A stretch of 64,000 nucleotides of DNA, taken from Alphaproteobacteria bacterium. GTDB taxonomy: Bacteria > Pseudomonadota > Alphaproteobacteria > Bin95. Within the stretch, counting starts at the first letter, position 1; each line of letters starts with the position of its first letter. Shown in pieces: positions 1-10,480 of this stretch. The stretch lies in assembly GCA_964291285.2 (NCBI GenBank), contig OZ219785.1, positions 1 to 64,000 of the forward strand, read 5' to 3'. The notes below the pieces were generated by a model, which worked only from the letters and a program-made list of their open reading frames with translations, was not told the DNA's origin and made no database searches. Made by a program: the position numbers and the translations under genes.

Positions 1-695
1 GCGAGGCCGACCAGCACATTCGCCTCCCCGACCTTGTTGGCGAGGCCGGCGAAGAGCCGCCGGGCGTCGAGATAGCGCCGTTCCGCGCGCACGAAATCCC
101 TGCGGGCGAGCGCCATGTCGCCGAGCCCGTGCAGCGCATCCGCCTCCCGCCTTGCATCGCCCAGCATCGCAAAGGCGTCGCGGGCCTGCCCGTAGGCGCG
201 CTCGGCATCTTCCGCCCGTCCCGCGCTCCGGGCGGCGAGCGCGCCGCCGAACGCGGCTTCGGCTTCCGCAGCGGAGACGGCCGGGCGCATCTCCGCCTTC
301 GGTCCTTCCTCCGCCGGATCCTGTTCGGCACCGACCTCTTCGGCCGGCGGCGCGGCGGCGCCCTTCGTAATGTTCGCCGCGTTCGGCGCGGCGGCGCCAA
401 CGCCGCTCTTCGTTACGTTCGCCGCGTTCGGCGCGGCGGCGATGGCCGGAGCGGTATCGGGACGGCCGGAGAGGCCGCGATGCGCCACCACCTGCATCAG
501 CGCCGCGCCGAGCAGCAGCACCAGGGCCGCGGTGAAGGACCGCCTGCCCGCCCACCGGCTCCAGCCGCGCTCCCGCCTGGCGAGCAGCCCGGCATAGACC
601 AGCAGCAGGTGGATGCAGCCGAGCGCGAGCAGGCAGAGGCCGCCCGCAACCGCCAGCCATGCGGCGTGCTGGAGCGTTTCAGCGGCTTCGAACAC
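1..695 (-). CDS. Membrane-anchored TPR-repeat protein (runs off window edge; start uncertain)
   Basis: Manual minus-strand translation, absent from the ORF track: two hydrophobic segments, an Ala/Pro linker, then TPR-like helices (EADALHGLGDMALARRDFVRAERRYLDARRLF...EANVLVGLA). Confidence 0.7.
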   Translation of the reverse strand, partial: MFEAAETLQHAAWLAVAGGLCLLALGCIHLLLVYAGLLARRERGWSRWAGRRSFTAALVLLLGAALMQVVAHRGLSGRPDTAPAIAAAPNAANVTKSGVGAAAPNAANITKGAAAPPAEEVGAEQDPAEEGPKAEMRPAVSAAEAEAAFGGALAARSAGRAEDAERAYGQARDAFAMLGDARREADALHGLGDMALARRDFVRAERRYLDARRLFAGLANKVGEANVLVGL

Positions 696-888
696 CGCGC
701 GGCGCGCTTTCTGTTTCAGCCATGGGGCAGAAGGGCCTGTTTCCGCACAGGAGGCGGTGATTATGCCGCCCCGGCCCGGCCCGCTGCAACCGGACCCAAA
801 TGCAGGGCGCCCGGAACCGCGCGTTCCGCCCTTGCGCCCCGTCCCGCCCCGGACGAACATCGATGCCGGAAAGAGGGAGGGCCGGGCC

Positions 889-1884
889 ATGCCGCGCATC
901 GGAATCGCATTCTCGGGCGGGCTGACCGCGACGGAGGTCGCCGACTGCGCCGAGCGGGCCGAGGCGCTGGGATACGAGTCGGTCTGGGTCGCGGAGGGGC
1001 ATGGCGGCGACCAGTTCGCCATTCTCGCGGCCTGCGCGCTGCGCACGAAGCGCGCGCGCCTCGGCACCGCCATCACCAGCGTGTATGTGCGCACCGCGCC
1101 CACGATCGCGATGGCGGCCGCGGCCGTGGACGAGCTTTCCGGCGGCCGGTTCGTGCTGGGCCTCGGGTCGAGCCACAGGGTCCAGGTGGGGCCCGAACAC
1201 GGGGTGGAATATTCCCGGCCTCTCGGCCGCGTGCGGGACACCGCGGCAGTGGTTCGCGCGCTGCTCCGCGACGGCGAGGTCAGCCATGCGGGAGAGACGG
1301 TCCGGATCGAGCGCTTCGATCTCTGGTTCCGTCCTTTCCGCGACGATCTCCCGATCTACCTCTCCGCGCTCTTCCCCAAGATGCTGGAGCTTTGCGGCGA
1401 GGTGGCGGACGGCCCGATCCTCACCCGCGGCACGCTGGAGACGGCGGCGCGGGCGCGCGGGCACATCGCCGCCGGGGCCGCCCGCGCCGGGCGCGACCCG
1501 GCCGCGGTCGAGATTTCGTCGCTCCTGCCCGCGAGCGTTTCCGCCGATCGCAGCGAAGCCTTCGCCGCCGCCCGGCCCGGCCTCGCCTTCTATGCGGGCT
1601 TCTTCCCCCGATACAACCGGCTGATCGCCGAAAGCGGTTTCCCCGAGGAGACGGCAGCCATTGCGCGGGCATGGGCCGGCGGCGACCGGGCGGCTGCCGA
1701 ACGGGCCGTCACCGACGAGATGATCGCCGCGACCGGCATCGCCGGCGAACCCGCCGAGTGCCGGGAGCGGCTCGATGCCTATCGCGCCTCGGGCCTCGAC
1801 CTGCCGATCATCAGCCCCTTCGCCCGCGGTCCCGGCGCGAAGGAAAAGTTCCTCGCCGCCATCGAGGCCTGCGCGCCCCGGTAG
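889..1884 (+). CDS. LLM-class (luciferase-like) flavin/F420-dependent oxidoreductase
   Basis: AEALGYESVWVAE, RLGTAI, DELSGGRFVLGLG, PIYLSA motifs; GGAGG RBS before ATG 889. Confidence 0.9.
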   Translation: MPRIGIAFSGGLTATEVADCAERAEALGYESVWVAEGHGGDQFAILAACALRTKRARLGTAITSVYVRTAPTIAMAAAAVDELSGGRFVLGLGSSHRVQVGPEHGVEYSRPLGRVRDTAAVVRALLRDGEVSHAGETVRIERFDLWFRPFRDDLPIYLSALFPKMLELCGEVADGPILTRGTLETAARARGHIAAGAARAGRDPAAVEISSLLPASVSADRSEAFAAARPGLAFYAGFFPRYNRLIAESGFPEETAAIARAWAGGDRAAAERAVTDEMIAATGIAGEPAECRERLDAYRASGLDLPIISPFARGPGAKEKFLAAIEACAPR

Positions 1885-1968
1885 CGCGGCAGGCGCCCGC
1901 ATGGCGGTCCGTCCGGCGCCGCGGCCTGCGGTATCGTCCCTGCCGCCCTTGCGCGCTACTCTCGCGCC

Positions 1969-2895
1969 ATGGCAGGTGAAAAGATCGTCCTTTACGAGAA
2001 TCTGCGCGCGTGCAGCTACGCGCCGTTCTATCTGGCGCAGCTGGCCGGACTGTTCGAGGCAGAGGGGCTGGAGGTGGAGCTCAGGCTCTCGCCCGCGCCG
2101 CCGGAGACCGCCGAGGGCCTGATCGAGGGGCGCGCGGATGTCTCATTCGGCGGGCCGATGCGGGTGATGATGCACCATGACGCCGCCCGGGCGCGGGGCG
2201 GGGCGAGCCCGCTGGTCTGTTTCGCGCAGGTCGTCGCCCGCGACCCGTTCCTCCTGGTCGGGCGCGAGCCCAATCCGCGGTTCCGGTTCGAGGACCTGGT
2301 CGGCCCGCGCCTCGGCATCGCGACCGACGTGCCCACGCCCTGGATGCTGCTTTACGACGACCTCGACCGCGCCGGCATCGACCCCGCCGCGCTCACCCGC
2401 GCCCCCGATGCCTCGATGGCGGAGAACGCGGAGGCCCTGAAGCGCGGCGAAGTCGATGTCGTGCAGCTGTTCGAGCCGCATGCCGAGCGGCTCGTCTCCG
2501 GCGGGCACGGGCATCTCTGGCACCGCTTCTCGGTGCGCGGCGACATCGCCTTCACCAGCTTCTACACGACCCGGCGCTTCGCTGCCGAACGCCGCGGCGC
2601 CTGCATGGCGCTTGCCCGCGCCGTTCAGGCGGCGTTGACGCGCATCCACGAGACGAAGCCGGAGGAGACCGCGGCCCTGGTCGGCCCGGCGTTCTTTCCC
2701 GACCTGCCGCCGGCGGCTTTCGCGCGCATCGTGGCCGGCTACCGCGACGCCCGCGTCTGGCCGCGCGGCACCGCGCTGCCGGCCGCGGCCTATGCCCGCC
2801 TCAAGGCGGCCCTGCTCGCGGGCGGGCTGATCGCCCATGACGTGCCCTATGGCGACGCGGTCGATGCCGCGCTTTCGGACCCGGGAGCGGGGTGA
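1969..2895 (+). CDS. ABC transporter substrate-binding protein, NMT1/THI5/SsuA-like
   Basis: YAPFYLA..GLFEAEGLEVEL and GRADVSFGGP motifs; no obvious signal peptide. Confidence 0.8.
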   Translation: MAGEKIVLYENLRACSYAPFYLAQLAGLFEAEGLEVELRLSPAPPETAEGLIEGRADVSFGGPMRVMMHHDAARARGGASPLVCFAQVVARDPFLLVGREPNPRFRFEDLVGPRLGIATDVPTPWMLLYDDLDRAGIDPAALTRAPDASMAENAEALKRGEVDVVQLFEPHAERLVSGGHGHLWHRFSVRGDIAFTSFYTTRRFAAERRGACMALARAVQAALTRIHETKPEETAALVGPAFFPDLPPAAFARIVAGYRDARVWPRGTALPAAAYARLKAALLAGGLIAHDVPYGDAVDAALSDPGAG

Positions 2896-2902
2896 CGGAC
2901 GG

Positions 2903-5900
2903 TCAGTCCGACTGGCGCAGCGTCCTGATCTCGCCCATCGCCACGGAGAGCATGGTGAAGTCCGTCCGGCCGGCATTCATCAGGTCGGCGGTGATCTGCC
3001 GGCAGCGGGCCGCGGGGATGCGGTTGCGCCGGAGCCAGACATCCACGCGCCCGGCCGGGTCCGCCCCGCCGCCGTCGAGCCTGAGCGCGTCCAGGGTCAG
3101 GGCGCTCAACTGCGCATAGAGGTCGTCGCGCAGCGCCGCGCGCGAGAGCGCCTGCCAGCGATTGTCCCTCGGCAGCGCCGCGATCCGGTCCCGGAGCCAG
3201 TGGAGGTCGAGCTTCTCGCCGAGCTCGAAATAGACGGAGGCCGCGGTCTCGACCGGGACCGCCGCGCCCGCCGCAACCTCCACCACGGCCAGCGCCGAGA
3301 GCAGGTCCTCGCAGACCGCCACCTCCCGCGCGAGGTCTTCGGGAACCCCCTGCCCGGCCAGCCGGCTCGCGGTCTCGTCCATGGCGCTCCGGCTCGAAGC
3401 GGCGACGACGTCGCCGAGGCTCTCGCGCAGCGCCGCCACGCCGGCCGCGAAATGCTCCGTGTCGCGCCCGATATCGAGAGGCCGCGGCCGGTTCCGGAGC
3501 AGCCAGCGCGCGGCCCGCTCCACCAGCTTGCGCGTCTCCTGCAGCATCGAAATCTGGACATCCGCGCCCACCCGGCCGTCCAGCGCCTCGATCGCCGCCC
3601 AGGTCCCGCGCATGCCGTAAACCTCGCGCGCGACCAGATAGGCCCGCGCGATATCCGCATCGTCCGCCCCGGTTTCCTCTCCCAGGCGGAACGCGAAGGT
3701 GATCCCGCAGCGGTTCACCATCTCGTTCGCGACCTGCGTGCTGACGATTTCGCGCGCGAGGCGGTGGGACGGCATGAGCGGGCCGAAGCGCGCGCCGAGC
3801 GCGGCCGGGAAATAGGCCCGGAGTTCGTTCGCCGCAAACGGCTCGTCCGGCAGTTCCGATGCCAGCAGGCGCTGGAACAGGCCGATCTTCACATAGGCGA
3901 TCAGCACGGCGAGCTCCGGGGTGAACAGCCGCCCCTTTGCCTCGATACGCTCGGCCAGCTCCTCGGCTCCGGGCAGGAACTCGATCTCGCGGTCGAGCTC
4001 GCCGTCCCGCTCCAGCCGGCGGATGAGCCGGGCGTGGACCTCCAGCATGGAGGGCGCGTGGGCCGCCGCCACGCTGAGCGCCTGGGTCTGCAGGTAGTTG
4101 CTGCGCAGCACCAGCGCGCCCACCTCGCCGGTCATCTCCTCCAGCAGGCGGTTGCGCTGCTTGCCGGTCATGTCGCCGGCCGCCACCGCCTCGTTCAGCA
4201 GCACCTTGATGTTGACCTCGTGGTCCGAACAGTCCACCCCGCCCGAATTGTCGATGGCGTCGGTGTTCACCCGCCCGCCCTTTGCCGCATATTCGATGCG
4301 CCCGAGCTGGGTGAAGCCGAGATTGCCGCCCTCCCCGACGATCCGGCACCTCAGGTCTTCGCCATTGATGCGCACGGCGTCATTGGCCCGGTCGCCGACA
4401 TCGCCGTGGGTTTCGCGCCGCGACTTGACATAGGTGCCGATGCCGCCGTTCCAGAGCAGGTCGACCGGCGCCTTGAGGATGAGGGCGATCAGCTCGGTCG
4501 GCGTCGGGGCCTCGGCGCCGGTGCCGAGCGCCTCGCGCGCCTCCGGGCTGAGCGGGACGGACTTGGCGCTCCTCGGATAGATGCCGCCGCCGGCGGACAG
4601 GATGGAGCGGTCGAAATCGTCCCATGTGGACCGGGGCAGGGCGAAGAGCCGCCGGCGCTCCGCGAAGGCGGCTTCGGCGTCCGGGTCAGGGTCGATGAAG
4701 ATGTGCATGTGGTTGAAGGCGGCCACGAGCCGGATATGCGGGGACAGCAGCATCGCGTTGCCGAACACGTCGCCGCCCATGTCGCCGATGCCGACCGCGG
4801 TGAAGCCGGTCGCCTGGCAGTCCACGCCGAGTTCCCTGAAATGGCGCTTGACCGACTCCCACCCGCCGCGCGCGGTGATGCCCATGCCCTTGTGGTCGTA
4901 GCCCTGTGAGCCGCCGGAGGCGAAGGCGTCGCCGAGCCAGAAGCCGTATTCCCCGGCCACCCCGTTGGCGATGTCGGAAAAGGTCGCCGTGCCCTTGTCG
5001 GCCGCCACCACCAGGTAGGGGTCGTCGCCGTCATGGCGCACGACATGCGCCGGCGGGACCACCCGGCCGCCGACGAGGTTGTCGGTGATGTCCAGCATGC
5101 CGCGCACGAAGGTCCGGTAGCAGGCGACCCCTTCTTCCTGGACGGCCTCGCGGCCTGCGGAAACCGGCAGCTTCTTCGGAAAGAAGCCTCCCTTGGAGCC
5201 GACCGGGACGATCACCGCGTTCTTCACCATCTGGGCCTTGGCGAGGCCCAGCACCTCGGTGCGGAAATCCTCGCGCCGGTCCGACCAGCGTATGCCGCCG
5301 CGCGCCACCGCGCCGCCGCGCAGATGCACGGCCTCGACGCGCGGCGAATAGACGAAGATCTCGTATTGCGGCCGCGGCTCGGGCAGTTCCGGAATCCGCT
5401 GCGGGTCGAGCTTGAAGGAGAGGTAGGGCTTCGGCGCCCCGTCCGGGCCCGGCTGGAAGTAGTTGGTGCGCAGCGTGGCGCCGATGACGCCCAGATAGCT
5501 GCGCAGGATCCGGTCCTCGTCCAGATTCGCCACCTGTTCGAGCGCGGCCTCGATCCGGGCCTGGACCTCGAGCGCGGCATCGAGCCGGGCCACCGCCCCG
5601 TTCCTGCCCTCCGGGGAACCCTCCTGCCGGGCGGGGTCGAGGCGCACCTCGAACAGCTCGACCAGCATGCCGGCGATCTCCGGGTTGGCGGCGAGCGCGT
5701 CCTGGATATAGGCCTCGCTGAAGGCGGTCCCGGCCTGGCGCAGATATTTGCAATAGGCGCGCAGGATGACGATTTCGCGCCAGCCGATCCGGGCCCGCAG
5801 CACGAGCCGGTTGAAGCCGTCATTCTCGACCTCGCCCGTCCAGACCCGGGCGAAGGCCTCGCGGAACAGCGCCTCGATGCGGTCCGGTTCGAAATCGGGG

Positions 5901-7759
5901 CCTTCCCCGTGCAGCATGCCGAAGTCGTGCAGCCACACTCTCGGCGCGTCGGTCCGCTTGATCTTGCTGGGATGCTCGTCCTCGACCTTGAGGCCCATGT
6001 TCTCCAGCATCGGCAGCGCGTCGGAGAGCGCGACGGGCCTCCGCCCGAGCTGGAAGAGCTTGAAGCGCAGCCGCCCTTCCTCGGCCTCGAGCGGGCGGTA
6101 GAGGCTCATCTCGATGCCGTTCTCCCGGATGCGCTCCATCTTCTCGACATCCGGCACGGCGACCCGTGCGGAGTAGGCCTCGCGATAGTCCGCGCGGAAG
6201 GCCTCTCCGTAGCGCCGGAACAGGCTCGTGCCCGCCTCCTCGCCGAAACGGTCGAGGAGCGCGTCGTGCAGGTCGTCGGCCCAGGTGCGGCTTACGACGC
6301 GCAGCCGCCGTTCGAGGTCCGCAAGGTCGTATTGCGGCGCATGCCCGGCATCGACGCGCATGACGAAAAAGATTCTTGCCAGCACCGATTCCGACAGGCG
6401 CACCGTGAACTCGGTGTCCGTCGCGCCGAGCGCCTCTTCCAGAATCCCCTGGATGACCTGCCGGCTCCTCGTGTTGTAGCGGTCCCTCGGCACGAACACG
6501 ATGCAGGAATAGAAGCGCCCGAACCGGTCCGGATGGATGAACAGGCGGATGCGCTGCCGTTCCTGGAGGTGCAGGATTCCGGTCGCCGTCTCGAACAGCT
6601 CCCCGGCCGGGATCTGGAACAGCAGCTCCCGCGGGAAGGTATCGACGATGTTCTGCAGCGCCTTGGCGGCGTGGCTGCCCGGCGGATAGCCGGCGCGGCG
6701 CTGCAATGCGTCCGCCTTCTGCCGCAACAGGGGAATATCGCGCGGCGCCCGGTTGAAGGCCTCGGAGGTGTAGAGGCCGAGGAAGCGGTGCTCGCCCGCG
6801 ACATTGCCGTCGGCGTCGAACCGCCGGAGGGCGATGCAGTCCAGATGGCTCGGCCGGTGGACCCGGGAGCGCCGGTCGGCGCGCGTGATCGCCAGCAGTT
6901 CGGCCGCGTCCGCGCCGCCCGGGCCGGGCAGGTCCGGAACCGGCGGCGGCCCCTCCTGGCTGCGCAGGAGGCCGAGCCCGCTGTCCGGTTCGGGCGCGAA
7001 CCGGCCCGCGCCGCAGGCCCGCTCCACGCGGCTTTCGCAGTAGCCGAGGAAGGTGAAATGGTTGTCCTCGATCCATTCGAGGAACGCCTTCACCTCCTCC
7101 CGTTCCTCGCCGCCGACGGACGGCGGCAGCGCGTCGAGCTCCTCGATGGCAAGGCGCATCCGCTCGCGCATGCCGCCCCAGTCCTCCACCGCGACCTGCA
7201 CGTCGCCGAGAGCGGCAAGCATCTCGGCCGCGATCGCATCGAGCACGCCCCGTTCCGTCTGCCGGTCGGTCTCGATGTGGATGACCGCCTCGACGTCCGT
7301 GCCTTCGCCGCCGGCCTCCTCGACCGGGAGCACCGCCTCGATGCGTCCCCCGGCCTCCCGGCGGACGCGCAGGACCGGGTGGATGACGAGGTGGCTGGTA
7401 TAGCCGCGCGCATTGAGGACCATGCGCACGGAATCGACCAGGAACGGCAGGTCGTCGGTGACGATCTCGACGATGGTGTGGGTGGACTGCCAGCCGTGCT
7501 GCTCGATTTCGGGGTTGTAAACGCGGACCTTCGCTTCGCCGGGCGCGCGCCGGCGGGCGAGGTTGAGATGCGCCACCGCCGCGCCGTAGAGGTCGTCCGG
7601 CCGGCGCTCGGCCAGGTCTTCCCGGGAGACGCCCGCGTAATAGAGGGCGATGAAGGAGAGCGCGGCCTCCAGCTCCCCGCCGCCCAGCCGTTCCCTTGCG
7701 AGCGCGGCGATTTCCTCGAACAGTTCGGTCTGCTGCGTATCGGGCGCCATGGGAGACAT
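2903..7759 (-). CDS. gdhB: Large NAD-specific glutamate dehydrogenase
   Basis: 1618 aa; ARGGIRWSDRREDFRTEVLGL, DPYLVVAADKGTATFSD, GDMGGDVFGN, NTDAIDNSGGVDCSDHEVNIK. Confidence 0.97.
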   Translation of the reverse strand: MSPMAPDTQQTELFEEIAALARERLGGGELEAALSFIALYYAGVSREDLAERRPDDLYGAAVAHLNLARRRAPGEAKVRVYNPEIEQHGWQSTHTIVEIVTDDLPFLVDSVRMVLNARGYTSHLVIHPVLRVRREAGGRIEAVLPVEEAGGEGTDVEAVIHIETDRQTERGVLDAIAAEMLAALGDVQVAVEDWGGMRERMRLAIEELDALPPSVGGEEREEVKAFLEWIEDNHFTFLGYCESRVERACGAGRFAPEPDSGLGLLRSQEGPPPVPDLPGPGGADAAELLAITRADRRSRVHRPSHLDCIALRRFDADGNVAGEHRFLGLYTSEAFNRAPRDIPLLRQKADALQRRAGYPPGSHAAKALQNIVDTFPRELLFQIPAGELFETATGILHLQERQRIRLFIHPDRFGRFYSCIVFVPRDRYNTRSRQVIQGILEEALGATDTEFTVRLSESVLARIFFVMRVDAGHAPQYDLADLERRLRVVSRTWADDLHDALLDRFGEEAGTSLFRRYGEAFRADYREAYSARVAVPDVEKMERIRENGIEMSLYRPLEAEEGRLRFKLFQLGRRPVALSDALPMLENMGLKVEDEHPSKIKRTDAPRVWLHDFGMLHGEGPDFEPDRIEALFREAFARVWTGEVENDGFNRLVLRARIGWREIVILRAYCKYLRQAGTAFSEAYIQDALAANPEIAGMLVELFEVRLDPARQEGSPEGRNGAVARLDAALEVQARIEAALEQVANLDEDRILRSYLGVIGATLRTNYFQPGPDGAPKPYLSFKLDPQRIPELPEPRPQYEIFVYSPRVEAVHLRGGAVARGGIRWSDRREDFRTEVLGLAKAQMVKNAVIVPVGSKGGFFPKKLPVSAGREAVQEEGVACYRTFVRGMLDITDNLVGGRVVPPAHVVRHDGDDPYLVVAADKGTATFSDIANGVAGEYGFWLGDAFASGGSQGYDHKGMGITARGGWESVKRHFRELGVDCQATGFTAVGIGDMGGDVFGNAMLLSPHIRLVAAFNHMHIFIDPDPDAEAAFAERRRLFALPRSTWDDFDRSILSAGGGIYPRSAKSVPLSPEAREALGTGAEAPTPTELIALILKAPVDLLWNGGIGTYVKSRRETHGDVGDRANDAVRINGEDLRCRIVGEGGNLGFTQLGRIEYAAKGGRVNTDAIDNSGGVDCSDHEVNIKVLLNEAVAAGDMTGKQRNRLLEEMTGEVGALVLRSNYLQTQALSVAAAHAPSMLEVHARLIRRLERDGELDREIEFLPGAEELAERIEAKGRLFTPELAVLIAYVKIGLFQRLLASELPDEPFAANELRAYFPAALGARFGPLMPSHRLAREIVSTQVANEMVNRCGITFAFRLGEETGADDADIARAYLVAREVYGMRGTWAAIEALDGRVGADVQISMLQETRKLVERAARWLLRNRPRPLDIGRDTEHFAAGVAALRESLGDVVAASSRSAMDETASRLAGQGVPEDLAREVAVCEDLLSALAVVEVAAGAAVPVETAASVYFELGEKLDLHWLRDRIAALPRDNRWQALSRAALRDDLYAQLSALTLDALRLDGGGADPAGRVDVWLRRNRIPAARCRQITADLMNAGRTDFTMLSVAMGEIRTLRQSD

Positions 7760-8026
7760 CCTTTCGCGTCGTCCGGGCCTGCTGCCGCGCAGCGCGCCGG
7801 GGCGCTGCCGCAGGCTGTCTCCCGTGGTCCCGGCCGCGGACCGGGCCGCGGGAGCTCCCGCGGTGCGGCGGCTCCATGCAATATAGGCATTGCCGCCATG
7901 TTTCGGGACTCCGATTCGCGAACAGCGGACGGGGAGCCATGCTCCTTCCCGGTCCTCAAAACCCCGGGAGCATCGGTCTTCCGTCCGTCTCCGCCCCTGC
8001 AGAGCCGGCGCGCGAGGCCCGGGCGC

Positions 8027-8530
8027 TCAGTCGCCCGGCAATGCGCGCCAGTCCTCGAAGGAGATGGCGCGGCCGGGATAGGCGGGGCTGGCGAAGGGCC
8101 AGGTGTCGGCGATCCAGGCGCGAACCGTCCGGTAGAGCTCCTCGTCGAGCCCGCTCGCGAGCGCGTCGGCGCGCACCCACATCATGACCTTGCAGTCATG
8201 GCCGCGCTTGCGGGTGGGCTTGATGTAAACGCAGCCGAGGCAGCGGCCTTCATCGGGCGCCATCACGGTGTAGGCGAAGGAGGAGCGGTGCCTGAATTCG
8301 TGCTGGTGCCAGCCGAGATCGACGAGGTCGTCCTCGATGGTGAGCCCCTCGGGCCATGAGCCGCCGCTTTCCGGGCTGTAGGTCGCGCGCAGGTGCTCGA
8401 CGCTCGACATCACGGCATCGTAGTCCTTGACGAGATCGTTGACCGTCAACATCCGCAGGCGGAACCGCGGATGTTCGAGGACATCGGGAACGTCGAAACC
8501 GTCAGGGACGAGGCGGCGGCGGTCGTGCAT
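8027..8530 (-). CDS. GNAT-family N-acetyltransferase
   Basis: VKDYDAVMSS...DLGWHQHEF...SFAYTV...LGCVYI pattern; ATG at 8530. Confidence 0.75.
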   Translation of the reverse strand: MHDRRRLVPDGFDVPDVLEHPRFRLRMLTVNDLVKDYDAVMSSVEHLRATYSPESGGSWPEGLTIEDDLVDLGWHQHEFRHRSSFAYTVMAPDEGRCLGCVYIKPTRKRGHDCKVMMWVRADALASGLDEELYRTVRAWIADTWPFASPAYPGRAISFEDWRALPGD

Positions 8531-8590
8531 GGGCGCGCTCCGGCATGGCGTTGTCGCGGGCGGCCATTCTACCGGCATCGGCGCCGTGTC

Positions 8591-8674
8591 TGTCGAATGG
8601 CGGCGTCGGCGCCGCGCGTGTCGAATGGCGGCGTGGGCGCCGCGCGTGTTGAAAGGCGGCGTCGGCGCCGCCGG
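8591..8674. repeat. Three tandem 28-bp repeats (TGTCGAATGGCGGCGTCGGCGCCGCGCG)
   Basis: Units 8591-8618, 8619-8646 and 8647-8674, plus a partial copy upstream, in a divergent intergenic region. Confidence 0.9.
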
Positions 8675-8741
8675 GGCCGTAGCGCGCCGATTGCCGCCGG
8701 TTCCGCGAGGCCCTACGGTCGCCAGCGGCCCGTTTCCGGGA

Positions 8742-9758
8742 GTGCGCCCCTTGCCCGTCTTCCCCTTCCACGAACTGCGCCGCGCCGCCTGGAACCTGGC
8801 GAGCGGCAATGTGCGGCCCGGCGAGGACGTTCTGGTGGTCGCGAGCTCGGACCAGGAGCCGGCGCTGGTCGATGCGCTGGTGGCGGCGGCCGACGCGGCG
8901 GGCGCGGGCACGGCGACGGCCGCCATCGTCGCCTGCCCCGCCGACATGGCCGACTACCGCCATCCGGCCCCGGTCATCGCCGCAGCGGAACGCGCCGGCC
9001 TTACCATCGTGGCGACCTCGATCCGCTTCCCGCGCGCCTATGACGACCTCAGCCGCGCGCTGTTCGCCGCCGGGCGCCGGCAGGTGCTCATCAACAATGC
9101 GCCGCTGGAGGATTTCGTGCGCGGCGCGGCGCTCGCCGACCCGGGGGCGCTGCTGGAACGCACGCGCAGGCTTGCCGGCGCGGTCTCGGGCGGGCGCGCC
9201 GTCCGGGTCGTCTCGCCGAACGGCACCGACCTCACCGTCCGCGTCTGCCGGCCCTGCCTGCCGCTCACCGGCTTCGCGGAGGAAGACACCGGCTTCGGCT
9301 CCTTCCCGAGCGGCGAGGCCATGCTGTCGCCGGAGGAGGGCAGCGCGGAGGGCGTGTTCGTGGCCGACGCCTTCGGGCAGGTGGTCTATCTGGCGGATGC
9401 CGGCCCGCAGCTCGGCCTGCTGGAGGACCCCGTCCGGCTGGAATTCGCCGGCGGCCGGCTGGCCGGCCTCTCCGGCGGCAGCGCCGCAAGGCGGCTGGAG
9501 GCGGTGCTGGACGCGGCCGACGGCAATGCAAGGCTGCTCGCCGAGCTCGGCCTCGGCACCAACGGCCACGCGCGCGCCCTCGGCCATGTGGAGAACAAGT
9601 TCCGCCTCGGCACCGCCCACATCGCGCTCGGCGACAACCACCTGATCGGCTGGCGCGCGGCGGACAGATATGGCGGCACGATCACAAGCAACCGCCACAT
9701 CGACCTCGTCGCCGACAATATCCGCATCGAGATCGACGGCGAGCCGGTGACGCCCTGA
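8742..9758 (+). CDS. M29 / leucyl aminopeptidase-like metalloprotein (start uncertain)
   Basis: SPNGTDLT, FPSGEA, AELGLGTN, GTAHIALGDN and HIDLV motifs. Confidence 0.75.
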   Translation: MRPLPVFPFHELRRAAWNLASGNVRPGEDVLVVASSDQEPALVDALVAAADAAGAGTATAAIVACPADMADYRHPAPVIAAAERAGLTIVATSIRFPRAYDDLSRALFAAGRRQVLINNAPLEDFVRGAALADPGALLERTRRLAGAVSGGRAVRVVSPNGTDLTVRVCRPCLPLTGFAEEDTGFGSFPSGEAMLSPEEGSAEGVFVADAFGQVVYLADAGPQLGLLEDPVRLEFAGGRLAGLSGGSAARRLEAVLDAADGNARLLAELGLGTNGHARALGHVENKFRLGTAHIALGDNHLIGWRAADRYGGTITSNRHIDLVADNIRIEIDGEPVTP

Positions 9759-9945
9759 GCGCGGCGCTGACATTGCGGCGCTTGAACTCGACCGAGGCGT
9801 CCGAGCGGCTCCGGAGGCGGGGCATCAGCGCGCGCCGGTGCCCGGTCTTGCTGTAGTCCCGCCCGGCAAGGTCGTCGGCCAGCATCGCGAAATAGTCCGC
9901 AACGACCAGGTCGTTCTCCTCGTCCGTCCAGGGCCCGCTCGGCAT
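9756..9945 (-). pseudogene. N-terminal remnant of HNH/DUF3883-type endonuclease
   Basis: WTDEENDLVVADYFAML...SVEFKRRNVSAAL resembles the N-terminus of such nucleases; similarity stops at the neighbouring gene end. Confidence 0.6.
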
Positions 9946-10062
9946 CACCCGAAGTTATAGGCATGAGCTTCTATTGTCATTGCGGGCCGCGCCGACGGAT
10001 GGCGCAGGATCGAAGGTCGAATTCTGTTCTGAAAATCTTAGAAATAATTCTCTCAATTAGAC

Positions 10063-10089
10063 TTGACATCTGGCGGATTGTGTTACAAT
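10063..10089 (+). promoter_or_regulatory. Sigma70-like promoter TTGACA-N15-TACAAT with extended TG
   Basis: Near-consensus hexamers in an AT-rich patch; spacer is short. Confidence 0.55.
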
Positions 10090-10480
10090 GGCGGGGAGGA
10101 AGCAGGCGGCATCCGCGCGGGGCCGCCTCGCCTCCTGCTTCGCGTCGGCGCCGGCGCGAAAAAATAGCTGAGGAACGCACAGGAGAGGTGCGCCCTGCGT
10201 TCTCGCGCGGGCAATCAGGCGCGCGAACCGCGCCGGCGCAATGGCGCGCCCGCGCCGGCACGGGCGCGCGCGGGATACGCGCGAATCAGGGTCCCGCCGC
10301 ATGGAGGGGCGGGCGATGGAGAGGAGGAACGAAACGGGATGGAGGAACGACATGCAGGAATGTGAAAACGGGCCCCGGAAGACGCCCGTCACGCCGAGAG
10401 GGCCCCCTGCCGGCCTCCCCCGCAAGCGGCTACCGGATGCACACATTTCCGTGTGGTGGCGCGGCACCACATGCCCCGAT

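Noticed and set aside
5033-8359. 1108-aa plus-strand ORF and other long overlapping ORFs (43683-46910, 17358-20186, 27529-29952)
   Set aside because: Antisense or shadow frames of well-supported genes in high-GC DNA, with no motifs.
8591-8674. Possible CRISPR array
   Set aside because: Repeats are contiguous with no unique spacers, and there are no cas genes in the window.
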